DNA of 57,573 nucleotides, filler included, from Catajapyx aquilonaris (lineage: Eukaryota): NCBI GenBank assembly GCA_000934665.2. It is 4 parts of 4 records of this genome, joined end to end, with 100 filler letters (N's around TTAATTAATTAA, not from the genome) between each part and the next. Parts side by side here need not be neighbours in the genome. Positions count along the whole stretch, not along the records: positions 28,828 to 43,145 come from KZ539739.1; positions 43,246 to 57,573 come from JYFJ02007821.1; 2 more parts are not named here. One strand, 5' to 3'. Below, piece after piece: positions 36,295 through 47,533 of this stretch (its first letter is position 1; each line of letters opens with the position of its first letter). The notes under the pieces are model-generated. The model saw only the letters and a program-made list of their open reading frames with translations, searched no databases and had not been told where the DNA came from. Made by a program: the position numbers and the translations under genes.

Positions 36295-36471
36295 CTATAA
36301 ACTTGACCCTGTTATGACCGCTCCGAAGTATGTGTCCTCCTGAAACCAGAGATACTGATTCACAGTCTGACAACATGCCGACGGTGCAGGGGTGGAGGGG
36401 ATTCTTAGTCCAGCAGCATGTATGGCCATGGCCATGAGCATGACGACGGTCAGTGGACGGAGAGAGACCAT
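36295..36471 (-). CDS. Candidate secreted small peptide, 58 aa (hypothetical)
   Basis: MVSLRPLTVVMLMAMAIHAAG-LRIPSTPAPSACCQTVNQYLWFQEDTYFGAVITGSSL*: signal-peptide-like start only; no homology recognised. Confidence 0.3.
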   Translation of the reverse strand: MVSLRPLTVVMLMAMAIHAAGLRIPSTPAPSACCQTVNQYLWFQEDTYFGAVITGSSL

Positions 36472-36574
36472 GCGAATTGTCGCGTCTGATGACGACAACA
36501 TCCTGCACACCATCGACAATCACCCATCCAATTTGCATCACAAGATGAGCATCTTCAGAAAGATAATGAATTCA

Positions 36575-37133
36575 ATCCTTTTTGTCATTCATTTACATTA
36601 ATTTTCCAACAAATGAAAAGAGTTGGATTTATTCTCAACGTTGAAAGAAAGAGAAGAATAGATGGATTGGATCAGCACATCTGGTTCGAGGATCTGCTGA
36701 TTCCTTTTGTTCCATTTGCAGATGTAATGTTTCACAACGCAAAAAAAATATTCTCCGATTTATTCTCAAAGTGGAAAGAAAGAGAAGAATAGATGGATTG
36801 GATCAGCACATCTGGTTAGAGTCTAAGCAGATGTGCTATACCTTCTGATTCTTCTCTTTCTTTCCACGTTGAGAACAAATGGGAGTTGTGAATCATTACA
36901 TCTGCAAGTAATGGAACAAAAGGAATCGCCAGATCCTGTAAGGCTTAGAGCAGCTGCCGTTTCCTTTTGTTCCATTTGCAGATGTAATGTTTCACAACGC
37001 AAAAAAAATAATCTCCGATTTATTCTCCGATTTATTCTCAAAGTCGAAAGAAAGAGAAGAATAGAAGGATTGGATCAGCACATCTGCATATTTTGATTTC
37101 TTTTGTTCCATTTGCAGATGTAATGTTTCCACA
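36575..37133. repeat. ~125-bp tandem repeat with one inverted internal copy
   Basis: Unit ttccttttgttccatttgcagatgtaatgtttcacaacgc...gaaagaaagagaagaatagatggattggatcagcacatctg in ~3.5 direct copies; ~36829-36927 is an inverted copy. Confidence 0.85.
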
Positions 37134-37288
37134 ACCCTATAAAAAGCTCTCTCCGAACACTCTCCACTCATAGCACCTTCTGAGTCTGATCTGATCGGTC
37201 GTGCCTCAACACCTCTCCTGAAACAATCCACTTCTTCTGAACCTAATAACTTACTCTTCGTCCCTCCAGCTGAGCCTTCTGATCCACC

Positions 37289-37513
37289 ATGACGAAGAAT
37301 ATCTTCACTGGTTTGACCTGGATGACCATCGTGACCGTCTCCTTCTTCTTGATCCTGGGACTGGCCATGGATTCTGGAGTCGAGGCTCAAGTGCAGACAT
37401 GCCCTGAAATAAGTAAGGTATATGCCTCCCATAGTCACTGCGTAACCTGCCGCCCCACACCCGACCCATTTCCAGTGACACTGTACGTCAAATACACAAC
37501 ATTAATGCAATAG
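37289..37513 (+). CDS. Candidate secreted small peptide, 74 aa (hypothetical)
   Basis: TATAAAA at ~37138, ccaccATG context, hydrophobic leader ending VEA|Q, 3 Cys in the predicted mature part; no homology recognised. Confidence 0.4.
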   Translation: MTKNIFTGLTWMTIVTVSFFLILGLAMDSGVEAQVQTCPEISKVYASHSHCVTCRPTPDPFPVTLYVKYTTLMQ

Positions 37514-37699
37514 TCAGAAGTAAGGTGGCTAAGGGGTCCAAAGGAGTGTCAAATTATTTTTACAAAATGATTCTATATCTCGAAAAATATGTCCATAAAC
37601 GAGAAGATGTATTATTTTGTCGATGATTGTCAATGGATATCACTGGCAGTGAGTGAAAGGGGGATACCGAATGAAACCCTTCTTACTGCTGTAAGTATA

Positions 37700-38350
37700 A
37701 TTTGCATTTTTGTACAGCCTTTTTACTAGCCGCCTCGCAACAATACTGTAGAATTGCTTGAGTAAGACCTATGGCACAGCTTAAATCAATTGGGGAAGGT
37801 CTTACGTGCGCCTGACTTGTTTCATCAGTACTTTCATTCCGCCACGGAGGTCTTACTACCCTTTCTTTAACTGGAGGGAATAATGTTTTTGCTCTTATTT
37901 CAGTTCTTTTTAAATAATGATGGATCATTCAACAATACAGAGTATAGAAATCACAGTGTCTCGCAGAGCAGTCATAATCATGAGCTTGATGGTTTGCTCC
38001 CGTAATTATAGCCCTGAAGAGTGTAATTTTTGGCTAGAAGATGGAAGGCAGATAGAGTGTGTCCCTTGCATTCAATTCTCAGCAAGCAATATAGTTTCAT
38101 GGGATTGCAATAGAGAAGGGCTGGTATCTTATAATCTCATGACTTCTGGACTCGCGATAGCGAAGAGGAATTCTTCATTTTCGAGCTGAGAGCTGAAGGC
38201 ATGGAGTAATAAAAGTTGGTCTCTCGGTTCATAAACACTAGCTAGCAGGATTTATAATATCACTTATGCAGTGTTAGTGAGAGTATTTGAAGGAATAGTT
38301 GTCTCCATCAGTATAATGTTCACATCCCGGGTCAAATGCAATATATTCAA
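37700..38350 (-). mobile_element. Degenerate LINE ORF2 (endonuclease region) remnant
   Basis: Broken minus frames include ILLASVYEP (APE-like); many stops; boundaries approximate. Confidence 0.35.
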
Positions 38351-38530
38351 ATCTATGACTGTCTTCCAGCACAATATTATTGCCCTAGGTGGTGTCAACT
38401 ATAGGAGTGGAATTTTCGTCCCACTGCTAGTTACTGCTAACTTATTAGTGCCAGTTTTGGCAAAGGTATACTGCTAAGTTATCAGTAATGAGTAAGAGTG
38501 GGACGAAAAGTCGACCCTAGTTCTTGCTAC

Positions 38531-39558
38531 GGCCAAGTTCATATCAATTCTTTCAGGGGGGGGGGGGGGGGACCTTAATAACCCCNNNNNNNNNNGGGTG
38601 ACCTTCATAATCTCAGATGTTTTTAAATTTAACATATGTTAAAATTCAGAAAAAAGTAAGAAACCTGTATTTTTTTGTTTTGTTCAACAAAAATCCTAGC
38701 CCGAGATACAGGCCGCCAAATATGGCGCCATTTTTCACTTGCGATTTTCGGCAAAATTTTAAAACGCTCTATCTCTGGAAGGGTTCATGATATTTCGTTG
38801 CGGTTTTTTTCATTTGAAAGATGATATTCTGCTGATTAAAATGCTATCCTCCGTTTGGATATGTGTCCAAGTTCTCTTTCTATATAGCCTTTTGAATTTT
38901 ATCTTGAAAAATCTAAAATAATTTGTTTATCGAAAAAGTCAATCCCAAAATTTTTGATTTTTTTGACTGTCGATCAGTACCATAGAGTACTACCATCCCT
39001 GAAAAGGAGAACTTCCCCCTTTGAGTTTTGTGAGTCCTGGCAGCCATCTTGCATCCAATTTACTGAACATTGTTTATAAAACCTAAACTCAAAAGTGGAA
39101 GTTCTCCTTTTTAGGGAATGTAGTACTCTATGGTACTGATCGACAGTCAAAAAAAAATTGGGATTGGCTTTTTCGAGAAAAAAATTATTTTAGATTTTTC
39201 AAGATAAAATTCAAATGGCTATAGCAAGAGAACTTGGACATATATATCCAAACGGAGGATAGCATTTTATTCGGAAGAATATCATCTTTCAAATGAAAAA
39301 AAAACCGCAACGAAATATCATGAACCGTTCCAGAGATAGAGCGTTTTAAAATTTTGCCGAAAATCGCAAGTGAAAAATGGCGCCCGGGGAGCCATCTTTG
39401 GCGACCTGTATCTCGGGCCAGGAATTTTTTTTGAGCAAAACAAAAAATACGGGTTTCTTACTTTTGCCTGAATTTTAACATATGTCAAATTCCAAAACAT
39501 CTGAGACTATGAAGGTAAGATTTTTTCTTTGCCTGCCTGAATTGATATGGACTAGGTC
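38531..39558. mobile_element. ~1-kb foldback/MITE with very long inverted arms
   Basis: Termini ggccaagttcatatcaattc / gaattgatatggactaggtc; ~38601-39030 is the reverse complement of ~39085-39516. Confidence 0.85.
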
Positions 39559-41301
39559 TTACGTTTTTTTTTTCATTGACCCTAACTTAACCATCATAAA
39601 TAATGATAAGGGTTCTATTAGTTGGCTCTTCACAGCTGGGTAGACCGAATATGCCATTAAACCCATTATTATGATGGTTCCAACTGTTACACACTCGCTA
39701 CAAAAATAACATCGAAGACGAGGCGATATGAGCGAGGGAATGTGGTGCGTTTTCTAAGGAGACAAGATGAGTATCAGGACACATCATGTCGGGAATGAGT
39801 GACCATAATATATTAGTCAGGCGAGATATCAGGGGCAATTTGTGGGATGGAAACTGCGGCAATGGTGACACTTTATACTTGACCTGACTCTCCTGAAGAG
39901 TATAATATTATAGGGTGAAGGGTATCACGCCCCCATTCTTGTCCCGAGTTCAAGTTATTTCTCTCTCTCGGCTTCATTCTGATGCAGGCGGCACTGGACT
40001 ACTATATATAGTATGTGGAGACGAGTACTCACGCCTCTCTTGATTGTGTATCTTCTTCTTCTTCACAGTGACAGATCTGATCGAATGTCTCGGGAATGGG
40101 TGCTGCACGGAAGGGAACAATAACGACACTGCTCTTATCTTCGCATGCTTGACGGAACAGTTACCCGCCTGCGCGCCTACCCCGAAAGTATAGTAGGAGT
40201 CCACCACGACGACGATCATCGGATGGACTGCCCTATAGTGCCCAAGACCAATCGACCCACTTGCAGCTGACGATGACGGTTATACGGCACATCACCCTCC
40301 ACCACCACCGCCATTCATCCGATGATCCTCCAGTGGATGGTCTCCGCCATCCAGCAGCAGCAGATGTGAAATAATAAAAATAAAAGTCTACTGCTTGCAA
40401 CCGAATCAACCTCTCATGTTTTTTTTCTTAGCCAGAAAAAAATTACAGAAATGGAAAATTTATGGTGACACGCACTGCTCTAGCTCGCCCATACTCTATT
40501 CTGAGCTGGATGTGAAGCGATGCTTCCGGTACATCGGGTACTGGGGAAGCCGCAACGACTTTGCATTATTTTGTGGTGGGGGACTCACGCATATACGCCA
40601 GCTCTACCACGAGTTCCTGCGCCAGAGTTGGTCCCTGCCGGACCCAACCAGGCGCTGAGGCGCAGTATGTCACCCGGCACTCAAACCTCTCCTTGAACAA
40701 CTCACAGCTCCGTCTATTGGTTGACTACATCTGGCAGACCATTAGTCCGGCGGCTTAATGCCGATATGTGGCTGAATTATGCACTTCGAGCTAAAAGCGA
40801 GTTTAATTTTTTTTCATGATGTCACGGTTAACATTATCAAAATTTTTGGTCTAATTCTTGATCGAATTTAAATGTTCATGTAGGATAGTAGGTGACATTT
40901 TATTAGTAAATAAACATGTACAGCAGTAAATAATTACAATTTCATGGAAAAAAAGTATACGTACATAAATAATTTTAATAGCCCATCATTGCATACTGCA
41001 CGCCCAATCTTCACATAGAAACAGCAAGTACATCAAGTCAAAACACCGGCTATAATTACGACTAGTCGTTACGCAGCGCCATCTCACAATAATTAGGTCT
41101 AAACAGCACGTTCATAATTATTTGCCTAATCTACAATTGCCTGACACTTACCATTCAAAATTTGAATTATTTCTTGACAACATTTTTGTGCTAATTACGA
41201 AACATTACGACCACATAACAAATGTAAAAGTAGTGTAAAGATATGTCTAAATTAATAAGTTTTGTAATACTCATAATCTGAATTTAGATCAACTTAATTA
41301 G

Positions 41302-42135
41302 TTAAGTATTACAGTGCGTTTCCTGCATGTGACGATGCAGACTAGATGTTTTGTCGAACTTCATCTCGCATGATTGACACCTGAACGGCTCACGTTCGCT
41401 GTGCATGTTCAGCAGATGAATTCTCAGAGAAACTCGCTGCGTAAACTTCTTCTGGCATAGGTGACAAGTGTAGGGCTTTTCTCCGGTGTGAGTGCACATG
41501 TGGGTTCTCATGGTCGAGGAGTCCCGGAATGGTTTCTGGCATGTGACGCAAGTGTATGGCTTATCGCCTGTGTGCGTCCTCATGTGAAGCTTCAGATGAG
41601 GTGATTCGCGGAACTGCTTCTGGCATGACTCGCATTTGTATGGCTTCTCGCCTGTGTGCATCCGCACATGGCAATGCAACGTACTGACCAGACTGAAATT
41701 TTGCTGGCACATGCCGCAACTGTAGAGTTTCTCCCCTATGTGAGTCCGCATGTGGCGCGTCCAATGAGTGGATTCACGAAACTTCTTCTGGCAGACTTCG
41801 CACGAGTACAGCTTCTCACCTGTGTGTATCTTGTAATGATTTTTCAAGCCGCATGACTGCGTAAACCGTTTCAGGCACACGTCGCAACTGTACGGCTTCT
41901 CCCCAGTATGAGTCCGCATGTGACGCTTCAATATGATGGACTGGCTGAACTTCCTGTTGCATATCTCGCAACTGTACAGCTTCTCTCCGGTATGAGTGTT
42001 CATGTGAAATGATAGGTACTTCCGACAAAACCTCTTCTGGCACCAGGGACAACTAATCGTCCCGTCTCTTGAGCGTGCCCCATCGTTGCGACCAATCATC
42101 TTCACACGTCCCGCACAAGCCGTCAACTCTTCTGC
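41302..42135 (-). CDS. C2H2 zinc-finger protein, terminal exon with 9 fingers (upstream exons not located)
   Basis: Acceptor ttttcag ending at 42136; nine CxxC...HxxxH fingers with TGEKPY/TGEKLY linkers; TAA stop at 41304-41302. Confidence 0.92.
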   Translation of the reverse strand, partial: AEELTACAGRVKMIGRNDGARSRDGTISCPWCQKRFCRKYLSFHMNTHTGEKLYSCEICNRKFSQSIILKRHMRTHTGEKPYSCDVCLKRFTQSCGLKNHYKIHTGEKLYSCEVCQKKFRESTHWTRHMRTHIGEKLYSCGMCQQNFSLVSTLHCHVRMHTGEKPYKCESCQKQFRESPHLKLHMRTHTGDKPYTCVTCQKPFRDSSTMRTHMCTHTGEKPYTCHLCQKKFTQRVSLRIHLLNMHSEREPFRCQSCEMKFDKTSSLHRHMQETHCNT

Positions 42136-42226
42136 CTGAAAAGCACAACACATTTATTAAAGAACAAATCTCATTTGCAAAATGTTAGCTTTGCTACACC
42201 AGGTTCGGTGCTTGCCAATCTTATAA

Positions 42227-42890
42227 TCTCTATATTTACATAAAGTGTAAAGTTTGTATGTTTGTCTGGGCTATCTAATCACCTCCAGGCTGCTGAGAGT
42301 CCCAAGAGTAGGAACATTTAGTACATATATTTAAAAAAAAAGGCACAGTTGGTTTGTTTGCCATATGAATGGGTATAAACTGAAGTTTGTTTGTTTGTTT
42401 GTCCACTTTTGGTTACTACCATGGCAACGGGTTACTACTGTATATGTGGCAACAAATTTAGCTACTATAGTCTCTACGCATATAAAAGGCAGAGTTCGTT
42501 ATTTGTTTGTTTGTTTGTCTGTCCATGGCAACGGTTGCCGAAGCAAGTAGGAATACCAGTACATAATATATAAAAGGCAAAGCTCGTTCATTTGTTTGTC
42601 CTGTGAACGGGTATGAAATGAGCATAAAATGAAGTTTGGTTATTTGTCCAAATTTGGTTACTACCATGGCAACAGATTTCGCTACTAGAGTCTCTATGCA
42701 TATATAAGGCAAAGTTCGTTTGTTCGTTCGTTTGTCCATGGCAAGGGTTTACCATGGCAACAAGCATGGCAAGGGTTTACCATGGCAACATGCCTCCTTT
42801 CACTTCTAGTCTCTTATGTATATAAAAGGCAAAGTTTGTTAGTTTGTCCATGGCAACAGGCCTCCACACGCGGCTAGTCTCTTATGAATG
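42227..42890 (+). repeat. Tandem Helitron-like short units with (GTTT)n microsatellite
   Basis: Repeated ctagtctct..tatataaaaggcaaagtt..gtttgtccatggcaac units, resembling TC-start/CTAG-end non-autonomous Helitrons. Confidence 0.6.
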
Positions 42891-42892
42891 TA

Positions 42893-43145
42893 CTAGCAGG
42901 TTACCCGGCGTTGCCCGGGTATGTTGGGATGCTGTTAAAGGTACGGGTATATTTTAGGAAGTTTGTTTGTTTGTAAAATTTGCGTTCCGTACACTGGAAC
43001 TCGATACACCTTAAAATAAGGCCAAGTTACAATAAGCCAAAGTTTGTCACTATCTGTGATAGATTGCCTGCTTCGGTTATAGCGTAGTCAATTCTGAATG
43101 GATGTGTAAAAAGAGGAATGGAGTTGTCCCAGGAAAAGACTGCAC
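42893..43145 (-). mobile_element. Helitron 3' end (truncated by the contig edge)
   Basis: A|CTAGCAGGTTACCCGGCGTTGCCCGGGT on plus = hairpin + CTAG|T on minus. Confidence 0.75.
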
Positions 43146-43245
43146 NNNNNNNNNNNNNNNNNNNNNNNNNNNNNNNNNNNNNNNNNNNNTTAATTAATTA
43201 ANNNNNNNNNNNNNNNNNNNNNNNNNNNNNNNNNNNNNNNNNNNN
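43146..43245. other. Artificial contig spacer
   Basis: N44-TTAATTAATTAA-N44. Confidence 0.97.
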
Positions 43246-44399
43246 TGTCGCCGCCATCTTGTGATGGCTGTTGGCTGACTCCAATGCCATCTAGTGGCAC
43301 CTACTTTTACTACTCGATCCACTATAGTTCTACCATTGTGTAAGGTTTCAAGCGGCCAGGACGAATTTTAGATTTTTCAGGACACTTTTATCGTTTTCAT
43401 TTGATTCCCCCTCGTAGATCCAATTGCAACGACACCGACAGAAGAGTAGTCCATGTCAGCTGAGTAGTGGAAAGCGGCATGTAGGAGGTGGGTTGATGAA
43501 AATGGAGCTAATCTCCGACTGATGGCCCCTGTTTCTCATAGAGTGGAGACATGCTTGGTGTTCTTCCTCAGTCTCTTGGTCACTCACCCTTAGCCGAACT
43601 CTGTGTGTATCCAATGTGCTTCAGCCAATGCTACTATGTTTTCAGGCCCATCTTAAAGTCGGTGGGGTGTTGAGAATATGGAGGTCCAAACGTTAGAAAG
43701 TGAAAAAAACAAACAAATGCAAAAAAGATTGAAAACTGCATGACACATACCTACGTAGAGCACATTATGCCACACCTTATACACGTAATACCATTATACA
43801 CATTATACCACACCTTATACACCTTATACCTTTATACCACACCTGAAACACGTTAAACCACATCCCTTAACCACTTTTGAATATACATTGAGGATGTGGA
43901 GATTCAAATTTTACAAAGGGGGAAAAAACAAATAGAAGCAAAAGGATTGAAAACTACATGACAGAGAACGTAAGACAGTTCGGAACAGGAGAATTAAGAC
44001 AAAAAGCACATGACACAGTACGTAGAGGAAAAGGTATGGCAGAAAAAGTACGCCAAGAAAATTCCGACAGGCTGCCTGAACAAACGACCCAAAACCGCTA
44101 TTCTTACATACAGCGCATTTGTATACCACCAGCTCGAACCCTGGGCCTGCCCCGAGGCCGTAGCTGGACCATGCCACCGTGTCTAGGATAAACATGGAAT
44201 GATATACCAGCATAGCAAGATATGGAACTCTTTGAATATTATGAACAAAACGTGATCATCATCACCCAATTACACCAGTATAGTCTCGTAACCAAGGCAA
44301 CAGTGTGTAATAATAAATTCTAAATTGGAACAATAAAGTATGCAGCCAATGTGAGTGCAAAAACACTGACCAAAGTACAGCCACCACGTAGGAATGTAA

Positions 44400-44706
44400 T
44401 GACACTGAGGGGTTGGGGGAGGAGGAGGCAGTGGGGGGAGGGAGGGAGGGAGGGAGAGGAGGGAAGGACATGGTTTCCAGGGCAACTCAACAGCATTATT
44501 AGAACACAGGGGGCCAACGTCCAAAGTCCTTTTCGCCTCCTGTGACCAAGGATGACGTCGGAGGTCAATTCCAATGTGCCTATGACATTCCCAGTAAAAA
44601 ACTACCCCTAGTGAAACCCCTGGGGCATATGTGGAGGCCTCCGTATGGATTTGCATAGCGAATACAAGACAGACAGAGAGACATACGTCTTGAAATATGT
44701 ATTAGA
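44400..44706 (-). mobile_element. 5' part of a second Helitron copy, head-to-tail with the next element (left boundary uncertain)
   Basis: 44521-44706 closely matches 46147-46325; junction reads CTAG|TC on the minus strand at 44707/44706. Confidence 0.7.
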
Positions 44707-46325
44707 CTAGCAGGATACCCGGCGTTGCTCGGGTCATGAAATACTTTTCAATGTAGGTGTAAGTCATTGATTTGGTAGTAACCTTTGAAATAATTATGGC
44801 TATACAATGTTGGCATACCTGTTACATGGAGCATATTGCATGTGCATGAAGTCCAAACACCAAACTGTGGATGTCAGATTGTAAGAGAGAGTACACAATA
44901 CGCCTTAAAAATCCAGCAAAAGTTTATAATGGAAAATTGAAGGTTGTGCAGTAAATGTAGGATAGCATTGAAAGACCGGCACCTCTCTTAGTCATTCCCC
45001 AACCCCAAAATGGCCAATGTGGCCTGGATGACTGTGCCAGCAGGCAGCTATGGTGTCGCTGGAGAACTCAAGGCCCACCACCACGTTCAGGTTAAGGAGG
45101 CGCATAAGTAAAAATGCGGTAGGTGCATTTTTGAGGGAATTTTAAATTTTTGTGGCGAAACGCACCTTTAATCGGAAAAATCACGAAGAAGGTGCCCTGC
45201 GCAAAGGTTTGGCCTTTACTATATGGTACCATACTCGATATGATTGCACTAAAATTGTGGACATACGGGCGCAGAAGCGTTCCCGACTTTGTCGCGTTTC
45301 CTGCCGCCATGTTATTCAAATGGGCTTTTGGGGAACGCCATTTTCCATTCACTTGAACTCGATGAAAAGGTCACTTCTAGGCTGGAAATGGCAAAATGAC
45401 GACGAAGGTGCCCTGCGCCAGATCATGTCCTATTTTTTGGTGTAATTTTTGTGTCCATTGCACCATTTTTGCGCCGTACTACGGCCGCAGAAGCGTAGAC
45501 ATGTCGAATCCCCATAATGAAGAGCAGCAAAGCAAAACCCACAAGATCCATCACGAACTTTTCTATAGATCTTGCTGGTTTTGCTTGCACTATGCTGCTG
45601 GATCTTGCGGTATTTGCTTGAATTGACTGTTTTTGGGCTCATATACTATGGAACTAACACATTTTGCCCGACCAGCTTTTAACACCGCATCACACCCTAT
45701 GTGATGGACAATATGCCATGCCTAACTCGTTTCCCGCCAACATTGGATCTAGCGGGTTTTGCTTTGCCGCTCCTCATTATGCTGCCCATGCATAAGCGAG
45801 TTTGTTTAGGTCGTCGCAAAGGGCTTCATTGTTACCGTATTTTTTTTGCTAATGCGCCGCTGTAGATTATGGAACTGCTTGGTGACCCCGATGGAACGTC
45901 GTTGCCGTGGGAACGTGGTTTTTTTGTCGTGTTTGTAATGTAATGAAATATGGAAAGTTAAATGTTGATTATTACGGAACGGGGATGGTGGGGGGGGGGG
46001 GNAGTGGGAGGGTGGGTGAATGGGACAGGAGGGGGGGTGGGGGCAGTGGGGAGGGGGCGATTCATGGACTTGGGCATTCAGTGGTTGGCCGGGTAACCCA
46101 AGACAGGTGTTGTTTACAGCCAATTGCTCATTATTGGAAGTGTGTTCCAAAGTCCTTTTCGCCTCCTGTGGCCAAGGATGACCTCGGAGGTGAATTCCAA
46201 TGTGCTTATGTTATTCCCGGTAAAAAACTACCCCCGGTGATACCCCTGGGGCATATGTGGAGGCCTCCGTATGGATCTGTTTAGGTGACAGACAGACAGA
46301 TATAGGTCATGAAATATGTATTAGA
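44707..46325 (-). mobile_element. Non-autonomous Helitron, ~1.6 kb
   Basis: 5' A|TCTAATACATATTTCA at 46325, (TGTC)n near the 5' end, 3' hairpin acccgagcaacgccgggt + CTAG at 44707. Confidence 0.8.
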
Positions 46326-46515
46326 TTCCGCCTTGCCCCTTTATCATTCAGTGCTGTCCAAATTCCAAGAAATCATCGACAATAATGCAAACTGTAATGA
46401 CCGACTATTACTTATGGGGGATTTTAATGCTAGAATTGCGGACTACAACCAACCAGTATCTATCCATGGGACTGGTATCGAAAGCCTGAACACCTGAAGA
46501 TCAAGAGATTAATGT
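46326..46515 (+). mobile_element. LINE APE-endonuclease fragment
   Basis: LLLMGDFNARI motif, followed by a stop. Confidence 0.7.
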
Positions 46516-46534
46516 CATCACATTACAAACTCAC

Positions 46535-47145
46535 CTCTGAGCCACCAACTCCAGGGACTGGATGTCACGGATCATGACAAGATGCAAATCAAGCACTGCA
46601 AGGCCTGGAAGCTTCTTGGCAACTGTCCTCAAAATCTCATCTACACAGTAGTACCAATCATGAAGTCTGACTATCTTAAGTTTAGGCATGCTGCAGATCA
46701 ACCTGCATGCTCTGGCTGCAGTCAATCCTGGGTCTTTATGAGTAAACCCAAGAACAAACTTGACTTCCTGCACGTGCTTCTTCTGCACCATGGCCATATC
46801 GTGCCATTCTTTGCAGACGAGGGCAGCTCCAGTTACCAGAGATTTAGCAGGCAAGAAGGAAAACACATGAAGCCATATTTCTGTAGGAAGCTTCTTGTAG
46901 CCCTGCAAAGAATAAAAGAGGAGTGTCTTACTATGTTTTCTGGCACTGATTATTATGAATGGGAGTGTTTCAAATCCCTGCAGCCTTCCATTTTCATCAT
47001 TATTGTTTACCTGCTGCTGTTCTGGTGCGGCCTGTGCCCCTCCAGGGTCACCTTGGTCATCCCCACCACCTTCCAGCCTCTGCCTCTTCGCTTCCTTGTT
47101 GTCCTCCATGGACTTCAACCGCGCTGACCTCCGTGTGCCCACCAT
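46535..47145 (-). CDS. F-box/LRR protein paralog A, exons 1-2 only (exon 3 not found; truncated or pseudogene)
   Basis: Exons 47145-47011 and 46902-46535; F-box KLPTEIWLHVFSFL..ALVCKEW; LINE and Helitron sequence follow where exon 3 should be. Confidence 0.8.
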
Positions 47146-47366
47146 GCTCCTGCAATTGCTGGCTTGTTTAAGGAGCCTCTGGAACACAATGCAAATCCGG
47201 ATCTGAGCAAAGACGACTGATGACAAAAGGTGAGGATATGAAAAAAGAGGGCCAGTAAAAAATTATGCTGCAGAAAAATTATGGCCAATAGGAAAGTGCT
47301 GCCATCAACTGGTTGAAACCACTAGCAACATCCACTGCCAGTCCTCGCAATCACTCCAGCACTACA

Positions 47367-47533
47367 CTGCCGTCAGTTGTAAGAAGACCGTAACTCAAAA
47401 ACTAGTACAGGCGAAAGTCGCATGCACGCCGTGTACTAATCCACCCTGGCTCAGAGGGGATTAGTGCAGGGCGTGCATGTGACTTTCGCCCTTACTAGTT
47501 TTTGAGTTACGGTCTTCTTACATCTGACGGCAG
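47367..47533. mobile_element. Palindromic MITE
   Basis: ~75-bp arms ctgccgtcagttgtaagaagaccgtaactcaaaaactagt... ; TA on the right flank. Confidence 0.8.

Noticed and set aside
43286..43298. CTCF-like motif GCCATCTAGTGGC
   Set aside because: A single short match inside probable TE-derived sequence; not supportable without chromatin data.
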